From: Gammaproteobacteria bacterium
GTDB lineage: Bacteria > Pseudomonadota > Gammaproteobacteria > SZUA-140
Assembly: GCA_016218365.1 (NCBI GenBank)
Contig: JACREF010000013.1
Location: forward strand, 15,244 to 79,243
Reading direction: 5' to 3'
DNA: 64,000 nt
Part shown: positions 9,511 through 24,900 of the stretch, one piece after another
How positions within the stretch are numbered: the first letter of the stretch is position 1
Layout: each line of letters opens with the position of its first letter
Program-made: the position numbers and the translations under genes
Notes under the pieces: generated by a model
The model's input: the letters and a program-made list of their open reading frames with translations, nothing else
What the model was told of the DNA's origin: nothing
Database searches by the model: none

Positions 9511-10023
9511 ATGGAAATTGACCTTGATCTGCAGCGGGCAGCCAGCGGGGTGGTGTTGCCTGACAGGCAGAAGTTTCTGCAGTGGATTCGTCAGGCGCTC
9601 GCCGGGGCGGAAAGTGCCATTGCAGCGGGTGCTGATCGCGCAAGCGCAGCAGTGTTGCCGCGGCAAGGGGTTCAGCTCACAGTACGGATAGTTGAGACTG
9701 ATGAAAGCCGAATGCTGAACGAGACCTATCGTCACAAGAGTGGTCCGACCAATGTGCTGTCTTTTCCGTTTGAAGCGGGCGAGCTGCTTGATCCGCCCTG
9801 TATCGGGGATATTGTCATCTGTGCCGCGCTGGTGGAGCAGGAGGCGCAGCAACAGCACAAGTCAGTTGAATCACACTGGGCCCATCTGGTGGTGCACGGA
9901 GTATTGCATCTGCTGGGTTTTGATCATGAGGAGGATCGACAGGCGCAGGCCATGGAGCGGCTTGAGATTGTGGTAATGACCGGGCTGGGATACGCCAGTC
10001 CCTATGCGGATCAGGTAGCTTAG
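9511..10023 (+). CDS. ybeY: rRNA maturation endonuclease YbeY
   Basis: PTNVLSFP and HLVVHGVLHLLGFDH. Confidence 0.95.
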   Translation: MEIDLDLQRAASGVVLPDRQKFLQWIRQALAGAESAIAAGADRASAAVLPRQGVQLTVRIVETDESRMLNETYRHKSGPTNVLSFPFEAGELLDPPCIGDIVICAALVEQEAQQQHKSVESHWAHLVVHGVLHLLGFDHEEDRQAQAMERLEIVVMTGLGYASPYADQVA

Positions 10024-10054
10024 TGTGCAAGGCAGAGTGGCAGTGGAAGCAAAG

Positions 10055-10930
10055 ATGACATCCAGATTTTCGTATAGACACTGGCTGGACAGGGCCCGGC
10101 GTCTGCTTAGGGCGGCGCCGCAGGACCGGACGGAGCTGCTGGAGGTGTTGCGTCAGTCGCAGCGGCAGCATCTGCTGGACGGCGATGCCTTGACGATGAT
10201 GGAAGGCGTGCTGCAGGTATCGGAGATGCGGGTCCGGGATATCATGATCCCGCGGGCGCAGATGGTCGTAATCGAGCGTGATGCCGATCTCGATGAGATC
10301 CTGCCTGTGGTTGTAGAGTCCGCCCACTCGCGCTTCCCTGTGATAGGGGATAACCGGGATGAAGTGATCGGGATTCTGCTGGCCAAGGATCTGCTGCGTT
10401 TTTTCACCAATGACAAGCGTGATGAATTCTCGGTGCGGGATCTGCTGCGTCCCGCGGTCTTTATCCCGGAGAGCAAGCGCTTGAATGTGCTGTTGCGCGA
10501 GTTTCGTTCCAGTCGTAACCATATCGCTATTGTCATCAATGAATATGGCGGGGTGGATGGGCTGGTGACCATCGAGGATGTGCTGGAGCAGATCGTTGGC
10601 GAGATTGTTGATGAGCACGATGTTGATGAGGGTGGCTTCATTCTCAAGCACAGCGAGGTCAAGTACACCATCAAGGGACTGACCTCGATTGAGGTGTTCA
10701 ATGAATATTTTGCCACTCAGTTCAGTGATGATGAATACGATACGATTGGCGGCATGGTGATCCGTGAGTTCGGTCATCTGCCGCGTCGCGGTGAACTGCT
10801 GGTGATGGAGAGCAACCCGGCGATGCCGCGCGACATGCGTTTCCGGATCAAGGTGCTGCACGCCGACAGCCGCCGTGTCCATCTGCTGCAGTTCATCATT
10901 GAAACCGTTGTACCGGTCGCAGCTGACTGA
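10055..10930 (+). CDS. corC: CBS/CorC-HlyC transporter-associated protein CorC (YbeX); start uncertain
   Basis: VRDIMIPR, AHSRFPV, FIPESK, EYGGVDGLVTIEDVLEQIVGEI. Confidence 0.93.
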   Translation: MTSRFSYRHWLDRARRLLRAAPQDRTELLEVLRQSQRQHLLDGDALTMMEGVLQVSEMRVRDIMIPRAQMVVIERDADLDEILPVVVESAHSRFPVIGDNRDEVIGILLAKDLLRFFTNDKRDEFSVRDLLRPAVFIPESKRLNVLLREFRSSRNHIAIVINEYGGVDGLVTIEDVLEQIVGEIVDEHDVDEGGFILKHSEVKYTIKGLTSIEVFNEYFATQFSDDEYDTIGGMVIREFGHLPRRGELLVMESNPAMPRDMRFRIKVLHADSRRVHLLQFIIETVVPVAAD

Positions 10931-10941
10931 GTAACCGAGCG

Positions 10942-12495
10942 GTGCCGATACCCAGGTCCCTGGACAGCACGCCCTGGCAGTTGATTGTTGCCCTGCTGGC
11001 CGGCCTGATGATGCCGCTGGCCCATGCCCCGTTTGCCATTTCTCCACTGGCCATTCTTTCCCTGGCGGCGTTGTTTATATTGTGGACGCGCGTCACGGTG
11101 CGCCGTGCCCTGTTGCTGGGTTATGTGTACGGGGCCGGGATGTTTGGTGCCGGTGTCAGCTGGGTGTTTGTCAGCATCTACGGCCATGGCGGCGTCCCGC
11201 TGTTGCTGTCAGTGGTGCTCACGGTGATGTTTGTGCTGTTTCTGGCGCTGTTTCCAGCGGTGGTGGGCGCGGCATGCGCCGCCTTGGTGAGGGGGGCGCC
11301 GCCGCAGGTATTTGCCTACATCCTGATACTGGCCCCGGCCGCGCTGTGGGTGCTCGGGGAGTGGGTCAGGGGTTGGCTGCTGACAGGATTTCCCTGGCTG
11401 GTGACCGGCTATAGCCAGATCGATACCCCGCTGTCCGGGCTGGCCCCGCTGCTGGGCGTCTACGGGGTCTCGCTGGCAGTAGGCCTGTCCGCTGCGACGC
11501 TGTCGTTGCTGTCATGGCCCCATCTGCGGCGCCAGCGTCCGGCGTTGATTATGATGGCCATCGTTGCTGCAACCTGGGCGCTGGGGATGGTTGCAGGCAG
11601 TTATCAATGGGGGGAGGCGTCGGGCGATCCGGTCAGGGTCAGCCTGGTTCAGGGCAATATCTCGCAGGATGTCAAATGGCTGCCGGCGATACGCGAGCTG
11701 ACCTTGGAGCGTTATGTAACGATGACCCGTCAGCAGCCGGACAGTCAGCTGATCGTCTGGCCGGAGACGGCGATACCGGCCTATTACCATGAGGCCAGGC
11801 CGTTTCTGGACTGGATGCACGCCAATCTGGTTCCGGAGGGCGGCGCCATCCTGACCGGACTGATATATAAAGAGCCCGGGAGCGGGGCGTATTACAACAC
11901 CGTGCTGGGCCTTGGCAGCACCGAGCAGTTTTATCACAAACATCACCTGGTGCCGTTCACCGAATACCTGCCGCTGAAGGGTGTATTGGGTAGCCTGATC
12001 GATGTGATGGACGTACCGATGTCGGACTTTTCTGCCGGCGCCGTCACCCAGCGGCCGCTGGCGGTGGCGGGACAGCATATCGGTGTGTCGATCTGTTTCG
12101 AGGATGCCTTTGGCGAGGAGGGCATCCGGCAGCTTCCTGAGGCGACGCTGCTGGTCAATGTCAGCAATGATGCGTGGTTTGATCGCTCGGCGGCCCCACA
12201 GCAGCATCTGCAGATGGCGCGGATGCGTGCGCTGGAGACTGCGCGGCCGCTGTTACGTGCCACCAACACCGGGATGACGGCGATCATCGACGCCCGCGGT
12301 CGCTTGCAGCAGGTCGCGCCACAGTTTGCCGAGGCCGTACTGAGCGGTGAGATCCAGCCGCGCCAGGGCGCCACCCCGTATGTGATCATGGGCAACTATC
12401 CGGCAGTGACCGGGGCGGGTCTGATGCTGGCCCTGGTCGTGGTGTTGAGGCGCCGGGGCAGGACTCAGTCGCCTGCTGACTCGCCATCGTGTTGA
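10942..12495 (+). CDS. lnt: Apolipoprotein N-acyltransferase
   Basis: GFPW, VQGNI, WPETA, KHHLVPF.E, ICFED, SNDAWF, RATNTG. Confidence 0.96.
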   Translation: MPIPRSLDSTPWQLIVALLAGLMMPLAHAPFAISPLAILSLAALFILWTRVTVRRALLLGYVYGAGMFGAGVSWVFVSIYGHGGVPLLLSVVLTVMFVLFLALFPAVVGAACAALVRGAPPQVFAYILILAPAALWVLGEWVRGWLLTGFPWLVTGYSQIDTPLSGLAPLLGVYGVSLAVGLSAATLSLLSWPHLRRQRPALIMMAIVAATWALGMVAGSYQWGEASGDPVRVSLVQGNISQDVKWLPAIRELTLERYVTMTRQQPDSQLIVWPETAIPAYYHEARPFLDWMHANLVPEGGAILTGLIYKEPGSGAYYNTVLGLGSTEQFYHKHHLVPFTEYLPLKGVLGSLIDVMDVPMSDFSAGAVTQRPLAVAGQHIGVSICFEDAFGEEGIRQLPEATLLVNVSNDAWFDRSAAPQQHLQMARMRALETARPLLRATNTGMTAIIDARGRLQQVAPQFAEAVLSGEIQPRQGATPYVIMGNYPAVTGAGLMLALVVVLRRRGRTQSPADSPSC

Positions 12496-12550
12496 TAATG
12501 AATCTGCCGGTCTCCCGCAGCGTTGTCCGTGGCGGTGGCGCTACGGTATC

Positions 12551-12697
12551 CTAGCAGCTTGTTGAAAAACGCATCGGTGGATGCCAGGCAAGGCGAAAAA
12601 TGGCGAAAAAGCGCAGTTTACCTGTAGTAAATGAGCATTTTGAGCCGTTTTTCAACGCAGCATGGCGCCTCCTAGGTGTTTTTCAACAAGCTGCTAG
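12551..12697. mobile_element. MITE-like palindromic element, family A copy 1
   Basis: Perfect 20-bp terminal IR CTAGCAGCTTGTTGAAAAAC / GTTTTTCAACAAGCTGCTAG. Internal core shared with 19099-19247. No coding capacity. Confidence 0.75.
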
Positions 12698-12707
12698 CCC
12701 CACTTAA

Positions 12708-15768
<3,061 letters not shown>

Positions 15769-15772
<4 letters not shown>

Positions 15773-16791
15773 GACTCAAGGCCGAACAGCTCAGCACACT
15801 GACGCCGGGGGTGCTGGCACCGGTCTATCTGCTCAGCGGCGATGAACCGCTGCTGATGCAGGAATCGGCCGATGCGCTGCGCCAGCTGGCGCGCCAGGCC
15901 GGTTACAGCGAACGTATCGTCATGCATGCCGAGGGCAGTTTCGACTGGCAGGAGCTGCGCCAGTGTGGCAACAGCCTGTCGCTGTTTGCGCAACGTCGCC
16001 TGATCGAGCTGCGGCTGCCGACCGGCAAACCCGGTGACGCAGGCAGTCGCGCCTTGTGTGATTATCTGGAACAGCCGTCTGCTGATAATCTGTTGTTGAT
16101 CGTCAGCGCCAAGATCGACAAAGCGGCGCAATCAGCCAAATGGTTCAAGGCCATCGACAAACAGGGGGTCGTGATTCAGGTATGGCCACCGGACGCCCAG
16201 CGTTTTCCGGCCTGGCTGCGCCAGCGGATACGCACGCGCGGGATGGGCATCAGCGATGAGGCCCTGGCGCTGCTGGTGGAACGCATCGAGGGCAACCTGC
16301 TGGCCTGCGATCAGGAGATCGAGAAGCTGCGGTTGCTGCATGGTACAGCAACCATAGACGCGGCGATGGTATTGCAGGCCGTGGTCGACAGCAGCCGTTT
16401 TGATGTCTACGGCCTGGTCGACAGCGCATTGACCGGTGATGCGGTGCGCACCGCGCATATCCTGGACGGGCTGCGCGGCGAGGGGATCGAGCCACCGGTG
16501 GTGTTGTGGGCGCTGTCACGGGAGCTGCGGTTGCTGGCCAGGCTGTCCGAGGGGATGCGGCAGGAATCGTTTGACAGCCTGTGTGCTGCGTTACGGGTCT
16601 GGGAGAGCCGCAAGGGCTTGTTGCGCCAGGGTCTGCAACGTCACCGGCCCGGGGCATGGCGCGGGATGTTGCTGCGGGCGGCGCGGATCGACCGGATGAT
16701 CAAGGGGCTCGATGCGGTGGGCAATGTCTGGGACGAATTGCTACAATTGAGCCTGATGATGGCGGGGCTGCGTACGGTTCGCACGGTATGA
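15769..16791 (+). CDS. holA: DNA polymerase III delta subunit
   Basis: [32 protein letters not shown]. Confidence 0.95.
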
Positions 16792-18050
16792 CAACACAAA
16801 TCAACGAATACATGCAGGGGTTAGGGCGCAGCGCCCGGGCCGCGGCGCGGCTGATCGCCCGGGCACCGACGCGTGACAAGGACGCGGCGCTGGCGGCGAT
16901 CGCCACGCGGATCGAACAATCCGTGGCGCGGATCATCGCGGCCAATGCCCGTGACCTGGAGGCCGGTACGCAACAGGGTCTCGACAGTGCCGCGCTGGAT
17001 CGGTTGATGCTGAACCCGGCGCGGATCGCCGCGATGGTCGATGGTGTGCGCCAGATCATCGCGTTGCCCGACCCGGTCGGTGAAATAAAGGATATGACCT
17101 ACCGTCCGTCCGGGATCCAGGTTGGGCGGATGCGGGTGCCGCTCGGGGTCATCGGCATCATCTACGAATCACGGCCCAATGTGACCGTTGATGCCGCGGC
17201 GCTGTGCCTTAAGGCGGGTAACGCCGTGATCCTGCGCGGCGGATCCGAGGCCTTGCATTCCAACCAGGCGCTGGCGGCCTGTATCCGCGACGGCATGAAC
17301 GAGAGCGGGTTGCCCGCCGATGCGGTACAGGTGGTCGAGACCGCCGACCGTGCCGCGGTCGGCGCATTGCTGAAGATGCGCGATTACGTCGATGTCATCG
17401 TGCCGCGCGGCGGCAAGGGGTTGATCGAGCGGGTCATGGCCGAGGCGCTGGTGCCGGTCATCAAGCATCTGCATGGTATCTGCCATGTGTATATCGACGA
17501 CCGCGCCGACCCTGACAAGGCGTTGCGCATCGCCTTTAATGCCAAGACCCAGCGTTATGGTACCTGCAATACCATGGAGACGCTGCTGGTGGCCGAGGGC
17601 ATCGCCGGCCGGGTGCTGCCGCCGCTGGCCGAGCTGTACCGGCGCGAGGGCGTCGAGTTGCGTGGCTGCGCGCAGACGCGGGCGCTGCTGCCCGGCATCG
17701 CTGCCGCGACCGGGCAGGACTGGGACACCGAATACCTGGCGCCGATCCTGGCGATTCGCGTCGTCAGCGGTCTTGATGAGGCGATCGAGCATATCTATCG
17801 TCACGGCTCGCAGCACACTGATGCCATTGTTACCGAGGATTACAGCCGGGCGCGGCGTTTTCTGACCGAGGTCGATTCCAGCTCGGTGATGGTCAATGCC
17901 TCGACCCGGTTTGCCGATGGCTTTGAATATGGCCTCGGTGCCGAGATCGGCATCAGCACCGACAAGATCCATGCCCGCGGTCCGGTGGGGCTCGAGGGGC
18001 TGACCTCGCTGAAATTTATTGTGCTGGGTGATGGCCACATCCGGCAGTGA
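16788..18050 (+). CDS. proA: Gamma-glutamyl phosphate reductase
   Basis: [50 protein letters not shown] overlap with the holA stop. Confidence 0.96.
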   Translation: MTTQINEYMQGLGRSARAAARLIARAPTRDKDAALAAIATRIEQSVARIIAANARDLEAGTQQGLDSAALDRLMLNPARIAAMVDGVRQIIALPDPVGEIKDMTYRPSGIQVGRMRVPLGVIGIIYESRPNVTVDAAALCLKAGNAVILRGGSEALHSNQALAACIRDGMNESGLPADAVQVVETADRAAVGALLKMRDYVDVIVPRGGKGLIERVMAEALVPVIKHLHGICHVYIDDRADPDKALRIAFNAKTQRYGTCNTMETLLVAEGIAGRVLPPLAELYRREGVELRGCAQTRALLPGIAAATGQDWDTEYLAPILAIRVVSGLDEAIEHIYRHGSQHTDAIVTEDYSRARRFLTEVDSSSVMVNASTRFADGFEYGLGAEIGISTDKIHARGPVGLEGLTSLKFIVLGDGHIRQ

Positions 18051-18095
18051 CAGGCCGGTGAACAGCCTGGCAGTGACGCGGGCCGGAGCTGCCAG

Positions 18096-18749
18096 ATGGC
18101 GCGTCTGATCGGTGTGCTGGGTGGCACCTTCGATCCGGTGCATTACGGTCATCTGCGGCCGGCGCTCGAGGTGATGCAGCGCTGCGGGCTTGATGAATTG
18201 CGGCTGCTGCCCTGCGGTGTGCCGGCACATCGCGCGCCGCCGCTGGCCAGCGCGGCGCAGCGTCTGGCGATGCTGCAGCGGGCCATTGCCGGCCAGCCGG
18301 GGTTTATCATCGATACCCGGGAGCTGGAGCGGCCAGGCCCGTCCTATATGGTGCCGACGCTGCTCAGCCTGCATCAGAGTTATCCGGATGACACGCTGTG
18401 TCTGGTGCTCGGTGAGGATGCCTACCACGGCCTGCCGTCCTGGCATCAGTGGCAACGGCTGTTTGAGCTATCGCACCTGCTGGTCATGCAGCGACCGGGT
18501 AGCCCGCTGCAGCACAGTACCGAGCTGGCGGGGCGGGAGCGGCGCCACCGCATCGCCGATGCCGGGGCATTGCGGCAGATGCCGGCGGGCGGCGTGCTGC
18601 ACTGTGCGGTGACACAGCTGGGGATCTCGGCCTCCACCATCCGCCACATGTTCGAACAGGGTGAGCGTCCGCGTTACCTGATGCCGGATCCCGTCATCGA
18701 GTACATCACGAGTCAAGGGTTATATGGCAGTCACGGCAGGGTTGTATAA
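18096..18749 (+). CDS. nadD: Nicotinate-nucleotide adenylyltransferase
   Basis: GGTFDPVHYGH and ISASTIR. Confidence 0.95.
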   Translation: MARLIGVLGGTFDPVHYGHLRPALEVMQRCGLDELRLLPCGVPAHRAPPLASAAQRLAMLQRAIAGQPGFIIDTRELERPGPSYMVPTLLSLHQSYPDDTLCLVLGEDAYHGLPSWHQWQRLFELSHLLVMQRPGSPLQHSTELAGRERRHRIADAGALRQMPAGGVLHCAVTQLGISASTIRHMFEQGERPRYLMPDPVIEYITSQGLYGSHGRVV

Positions 18750-18751
18750 AG

Positions 18752-19102
18752 ATGATAGCTGAACAAATGAGAGATCTGGCCGTCGCGGCACTCGAGGATG
18801 TGAAGGGGCGCGACCTGGCGGTGCTGGATGTGCGTGGCATGACCTCGATCACCGATTACATGATCATCGCCAGCGCCACGTCGTCGCGGCATCTGAAGGC
18901 GCTGGCGGACAGTGTCCTGGACAAGGCGCAGCAGCATCAGCTGCGGCCATTGGGCTGCGAGGGTGAAAATGGCGGCGAATGGGCGCTGATCGATCTTGGC
19001 GATGTGATCGTCCATGTGATGACGCCGGAGATCCGTGATTTCTACCAGCTGGAAAAGTTGTGGGGCGAGGATGCGCCGGCGCTGGGTGCCGGACAGGGTT
19101 AA
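18752..19102 (+). CDS. rsfS: Ribosome silencing factor RsfS
   Basis: D.KG.D, W.LIDLGDVIVH, R.FY.LEKLW. Confidence 0.95.
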   Translation: MIAEQMRDLAVAALEDVKGRDLAVLDVRGMTSITDYMIIASATSSRHLKALADSVLDKAQQHQLRPLGCEGENGGEWALIDLGDVIVHVMTPEIRDFYQLEKLWGEDAPALGAGQG

Positions 19103-19247
19103 CCGCTTGCCGAAAAACGTGATCAGGGGATGCAGCGCAAGGCGGCAACGGGCGAAAAAGCGCAGTTTACACGCAGTAAATGGGCATTTTGAGCACGTTG
19201 CCAACGCTGTGCGGCGCCCCTCAGTGCGTTTTTCGGCAAACGGTTAG
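19099..19247. mobile_element. MITE-like palindromic element, family A copy 2
   Basis: 20-bp terminal IR with 1 mismatch, TAACCGCTTGCCGAAAAACG / CGTTTTTCGGCAAACGGTTA. Core GGCGAAAAAGCGCAGTTTAC-N5-GTAAATGRGCATTTTGAGC shared with copy 1. Overlaps the rsfS stop. Confidence 0.72.
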
Positions 19248-19259
19248 GGCTGAATCGCG

Positions 19260-19730
19260 ATGCGTATCCACCTGCTGGCAGTGGGCGAGAAGATGCCGGT
19301 CTGGGTCAGCCAGGGATATCAGGAGTACGTGCGGCGGCTGCCCGCGGACAATACCCTATTGTTGCATGAGGTGAGCGCGGCGCGGCGCGGCAAGAACCCC
19401 GAGGTCGAACGCTGGAAACATCAAGAGGGCGAGCGCCTGCTGGCCGCGGTGCCGAAGGGGGCGCATGTCGTCGCGCTGGATGAACACGGCGAGGGCTGGA
19501 CGACGCGCCAGCTGGCGGGCCGGCTCGAGGAATGGCGCCGACAGGGCAGTGATATCGCGTTGCTGGTCGGTGGCGCCGACGGCCTGTCGGCCGACTGTCT
19601 GCAGCAGGCGCGGCAGCGCTGGTCGTTGTCACCGCTGACCCTGCCGCATGCCCTGGTCAGGATCGTGCTCGCCGAGCAGCTGTACCGCGCCTGGACCGTG
19701 CTGCAGGGTCATCCCTATCACCGGGACTAG
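19260..19730 (+). CDS. rlmH: 23S rRNA pseudouridine-1915 N3-methyltransferase
   Basis: [27 protein letters not shown]. Confidence 0.96.
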   Translation: MRIHLLAVGEKMPVWVSQGYQEYVRRLPADNTLLLHEVSAARRGKNPEVERWKHQEGERLLAAVPKGAHVVALDEHGEGWTTRQLAGRLEEWRRQGSDIALLVGGADGLSADCLQQARQRWSLSPLTLPHALVRIVLAEQLYRAWTVLQGHPYHRD

Positions 19731-19734
19731 AACC

Positions 19735-20334
19735 ATGGACCAGGGAGCTCGCGGCGCTGCGTTGTATCTGGCCTCGGCCTCGCCACGGCGGCGCCAGTTG
19801 CTGCTGCAGATCGGTGTGCCACATTTGGTGCTGCCGGTCGCTGTCGATGAGTCAGCGCACAGCGGTGAACCGGCTGAGCAGTGTGCCGTCCGGCTGGCGC
19901 GGGCCAAGGCGCAGGCCGGGTTGGCGTTGCGCACAGATACTGCGTTGCCCGTGCTGGGGGCCGATACCATCGTGGTGGTCGACGGTGAAATACTGGGCAA
20001 GCCATCGGGGCCGGACCAGGGCCTGGCCATGCTGGCCCGGTTGTCGGGGCGCAGTCACCAGGTACTGACGGCGGTGGCGCTGGCCGGCAATGACGGGGAG
20101 CGCCACCGCCTCAGCAGCAGCCAGGTGACCTTCCGCACCCTCAGTCCTGCCGAATGCCAGTCCTACTGGGACAGCGGCGAGCCGGCAGACAAGGCGGGCG
20201 GTTATGCCGTGCAGGGTCTGGCGGCCGTGTTCATCTCCCGGCTGGAAGGCAGCTATTCCGGTGTCATGGGACTGCCGTTGTACGAGACCGCCGAGTTGTT
20301 GCGGCAGGCCGGGATCCGCACCGTCCTGTTCTGA
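19735..20334 (+). CDS. maf: Maf-family nucleotide pyrophosphatase (YhdE)
   Basis: [30 protein letters not shown]. Confidence 0.95.
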   Translation: MDQGARGAALYLASASPRRRQLLLQIGVPHLVLPVAVDESAHSGEPAEQCAVRLARAKAQAGLALRTDTALPVLGADTIVVVDGEILGKPSGPDQGLAMLARLSGRSHQVLTAVALAGNDGERHRLSSSQVTFRTLSPAECQSYWDSGEPADKAGGYAVQGLAAVFISRLEGSYSGVMGLPLYETAELLRQAGIRTVLF

Positions 20335-20483
20335 TCGGCCGGGACAGACCCGGTCTTCATGTCATCGTGACCTGTCCCAATCTTGTCGATATCCGTCGCA
20401 TCGTGCGCTGCTATTGTCCTGTGCACCTGACGTTGTTCGGGTATGATAAGCAGACTGAAAATCACGGTTGTTCAGACCCGGCA

Positions 20484-21947
20484 ATGAGCGATGAGATCCT
20501 GATCAATGTCACCCCGCGCGAGACGCGCATTGCACTGGTCGAGAACGGCCTGCTGCAGGAGGTGTACGTCGAGCGCAGCAATCGCCGCAGCATGGTTGGC
20601 AATATCTATCTCGGCAGGGTGCAGCGGGTGTTGCCGGGCATCCAGGCCGCGTTCATCGATATCGATCATCAGCGCACCGCCTTTCTGCATGTCGCGGACA
20701 TCCATGTGCCGGACGGCGAGGGCGGTGAACGCAGCCAGGCCGGTGCACAGATCGCCGATCTGGTCCGCGAGGGTGATACGCTGCTGGTGCAGGTGATCAA
20801 GGACCCGCTGGGCAGCAAGGGCGCGCGGCTGACGACGCAGATCAGTCTGCCTTCCCGGTTTGTCGTGCTGATGCCGAACTCACGCAGCACCGGCATCTCG
20901 CAACGCATCGCCAGCGAGCAGGAGCGGCTGCGGCTGCGGGCGGCGCTGGAACAGATCACGAATGGGATCCTGGCCGGATACATCATCCGCACCGCTGCCG
21001 AAGGCTGCAGTGCCGCTGAACTGGCGGAGGATGTGATCTTTCTCAACAAGCTGTGGGCCGCGTTGCAGCAGGTGCTGGTCGGGGCGATCGCGCCAGTGGT
21101 GATTCATGATGTATTGCCGCTGGAGTGCCGCATGCTGCGTGACATCCCGGGGACCGGCATCGACAAGGTGCGTGTCGATTCGCGTGAAACCTGGAAAAGG
21201 TTGCAGGAATTCTCCCGGCAGTTCATCCCCGATCTGCTGCCGCGGATCGAGCATTACCCCGGGGCGCGGCCGATCTTTGATCTGTATTCAGTGGACGACG
21301 AGATCCAGAAGGCCTTGCAGCGTCGGGTCCAGCTCAAATCCGGAGGCCATCTGATCATCGACCAGACCGAGGCGATGACCACGATCGATGTCAATACCGG
21401 CGCCTTTGTCGGCAGCCGCAACCTCGAAGAGACGATCTTCAAGACCAACCTGGAGGCCTCCCAGGCCATTGCCCGCCAGTTGCGGTTGCGCAACCTGGGC
21501 GGCATCATCATTGTTGATTTCATTGACATGACCGACGAGGAACACAAACGTCAGGTGTTGCGCGCGCTGGAGAAGAGCCTGGAGAAGGATCGCGCCAAGC
21601 GCCATATCAGCGGCGTATCGCCGCTGGGTCTGGTGGAGATGACGCGGGAACGCACCCGCGAGAGTCTGGAGCATGTGTTATGCGAGAGCTGCCCGGTGTG
21701 CCGCGGGCGGGGTACCCTGAAGACCCGCGAGACCACCTGTTACGAGATCTTCCGCGAGATCCTGCGTGAAGAGCGGCAGTTTGATGCCCAGCAGTTTCTG
21801 GTACTGGCCTCGCAGGAGGTCATCAGCATGTTGCTTGATGAGGAATCCACCAGCCTGGCCGAGCTCGAGGCGTTCATCGGCAAGCCGGTCAGATTACAGG
21901 TCGAAGGCATGTATTCCCGGGAACAGTTTGACGTGGTCATGATGTGA
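20484..21947 (+). CDS. rng: Ribonuclease G
   Basis: ILINVTPRETR, GNIY.GRV, DVNTG, RLRNLGGII.VDFIDM. Confidence 0.96.
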   Translation: MSDEILINVTPRETRIALVENGLLQEVYVERSNRRSMVGNIYLGRVQRVLPGIQAAFIDIDHQRTAFLHVADIHVPDGEGGERSQAGAQIADLVREGDTLLVQVIKDPLGSKGARLTTQISLPSRFVVLMPNSRSTGISQRIASEQERLRLRAALEQITNGILAGYIIRTAAEGCSAAELAEDVIFLNKLWAALQQVLVGAIAPVVIHDVLPLECRMLRDIPGTGIDKVRVDSRETWKRLQEFSRQFIPDLLPRIEHYPGARPIFDLYSVDDEIQKALQRRVQLKSGGHLIIDQTEAMTTIDVNTGAFVGSRNLEETIFKTNLEASQAIARQLRLRNLGGIIIVDFIDMTDEEHKRQVLRALEKSLEKDRAKRHISGVSPLGLVEMTRERTRESLEHVLCESCPVCRGRGTLKTRETTCYEIFREILREERQFDAQQFLVLASQEVISMLLDEESTSLAELEAFIGKPVRLQVEGMYSREQFDVVMM

Positions 21948-24900
21948 CGAGCGGAGTAATACGCCAGCTCATTAACAGGATGTCGCTGATTCTGGCGCTG
22001 CTGATCATCGTCTGGGCGGTGGTGTACAGCATCGGGCGGTTGCTGTTTCCGCAGATCGTGCGCTATGACGACGAGATCATTAATCAGATCAGCATGGCGC
22101 TGCGACAGCCGGTCAGGGTGTCCAGCATCGAGGCGGAATGGAGCAGTGACAGTGGTCCGCATTTTACCTTCAGGGATATTCAATTTCTCGATCCGGTGAC
22201 CGGCAGCGTGGTCATCGAATTCAGCGAGGCCGGCGTGGCGATCGACACGCTGAGTTCGTTATTGACCATGACGCCGCGCCTCGGCGAGATGACGCTTTCC
22301 GGCATAGATCTGGCGCTGTTGCGCCGGGCCGATGGCTCGATTGTGCTGGAGGGCTTCCGTTCAGCATCGCATCAGCCGGATGAACTGCAGCGCATCATGG
22401 ACTGGCTGTTGTCACAGTCGCGGCTCGGCCTGCAGAACAGCCGCCTGACCTGGCGTGACGAGATGGCGCCGTCCTCACCGCGGGTCTTCGATGAGGTCAA
22501 TCTGGACCTGCGTAATTTCGGTCGTCGCCACCAGTTCAACGGTTCGGCGAATCTCCCGGCCAGTTTTGGCCAGCGGTTGTCGTTTGCACTGGATATCCGC
22601 GGCGATGTCATGGCGCCGCGGGGCTGGAGCGGCGAGACCTTTATCCACGGTGAAGGCCTGCAGCTCGGACCGCTGCTGGCCTGGCTGCCACCACAGGGGC
22701 TGCAGGTCATCAAGGGGGTGGTGGACGCTGATCTGTGGATGCAGTGGCGCGATGCTTCCGTGCAACGCATCGACGGCGATGTCTCGGCCTTTGGTGTGGT
22801 GTTGCAGTCAACCCTGCCGGGCGGCAGTGAGAAATCACTGAACGTCGATGCGTTGTCAGGCAGGTTGGCCTGGCAGTTGCGTGATCAGGGTTGGGAGGCG
22901 GCCCTCGACCACCTGGCGCTGGGTCGGGAGGGCCGGGTATGGCCGTACAGCCGCATCGATGTGGCGTCACATGCCAGCGCAGCGGGCCGGGACGTGGCAT
23001 TCACTGCCGACTACCTTGAGATCGAGGATCTGCGGGCCTTCGCTGCTCTGCTGCTGCCCGAGGACAGTCCGGTCCTGGCCAATCTGGACCAGGCCCGGCC
23101 CCGTGGCCAGCTGCGCGCGGTGCGCGGCACGGTGCTCAGCCAGGGTGAGACGCTGAACCTGTATCTGCACGGGGCATTCCAGGACCTGAGCCTTGAGGCC
23201 GGGAAAAAACTGCCGGCGCTGCAGGGCGCCGATGGCCGTTTTGCATTGCGAAACGACAGCGGCGTGCTGGAGCTCGACAGCGATGAGCTGACGGTCGAGT
23301 TGCCGCGGCTGTTTCGCACGCCGCTGGCGATCAGCCACGCCGGTGGCACCGTGTCCTGGGCCATCCATGACGGCGGGATCCAGCTGGCGCTGCAACAGGT
23401 GACCGCCGAGAACGATGACCTGCGTCTGGTCATCGACGGTGATGTGGATGTGTTGCCCGGCACGCATGGCGGGGCCTATGTCGATGTGCTGGGACGTTTT
23501 GATGTGCCCGAGCATGGTCTGCGTCGGCTTGGCCAGTATCTGCCGGCGGGCATCATGAAGCCGTCGCTGGTCAGGTGGCTGGAGCAGTCGGTGCAGGATG
23601 GCCGGGTGCCGTACGGGGCCCTGATACTGCGCGGCCATAGCGCCGATTTTCCGTTTGAGCGCGGCACCGGAAAATTTGAGGTGCGTTTTGGTGTGGCCAA
23701 CGGTGTGCTCAGCTACGATCGCAGCTGGCCACAGCTCACCGCGCTGGCCGGCGAGCTGGCCTTTACCGATCATACAATGGAGATCGTTATCGACGGCGGT
23801 CATTCGTTTGATTCCTCGATACGCCATGCCACCGTTACGATTGATGAACTGCGCGCCCACCCGCAGCAGCTGCGCATCAATGGTCATGTTGAGGGTGCAA
23901 GCGCAGATGTATTGCGTTATCTGGCCGACACCCCGCTGCAGACCCGGTTTGGGCATATGGTTGCGGACATGAAGGCCGAGGGGCGCAGCACGCTGGACCT
24001 TGACCTGCTGCTGGCGCCGGGGGGCGGAGCGCCGCCGCGGGTGACGGGCAGTCTTGGCATGCTGGGAAGTCAGCTGTTTATCGCCGACCGCGCGGTGGAC
24101 CTGCGTGATATCCGTGGCACGGTGACCTTTGGCGAAGACGGATTGAACGGCAAGGGACTGACGGCCAATGTACTGGGTGGCATGCCGGCCCGTTTTGATG
24201 TCTCTACCATCGCGCTGGCGGAGCGGCAGGTGACGGTCATCGAGGCCAGCGGCCGCGCCAGTGGCGACGATGTGCGGCGTCTGACCGGTCAGTCATTGTT
24301 CAAGTATCTGTCTGGCTCCACCGACTGGCAGGCGTCGGTGCATGTCCTGGGAGGTGAGCCGTCGCAGATCGACATCACGGTCAGATCGGATCTGCAGAAT
24401 ATGTCCTCGTCGCTGCCGTATCCGCTGACCAAGTCCGCCCGTCAGCAGCTGCCGCTGACGGTCAGCATGATATTCCCGCGCACGCTGGACAAGCCGGTGT
24501 ATTTCCGTTTGGGATCACTGCTCAATGGCGTGCTCGACATGGATGCACGTATGCATCTGGAACGGGGCGAGATCCGCAGCGGCGAGACCCCGGCGCAACT
24601 GCCGGGTGAGCCCGGGCTGAGGATCTCCGGTGATCTGGATGCCTTTTCCTATACGGGCTGGGGGCCGTACATCGATGAGATGCGCGGCGGTGGCCCCGGT
24701 GCCGGTGACGGCGCGGGCATCAGTCAGGTTGACATGCAGTTTGGTCTGTTCGAGATGTTCAACCACCCGTTTCGCAACGCCAGGTTGCGGGCCGTGCGTG
24801 CGGTCGGTGGCTGGCAGTTTGATATCGACAGTCTGGAGCTGGCAGGCCGGATACGCCTGCCGCTGGGGTCGACAGCGCCGATCACGCTGGATCTGGAGCG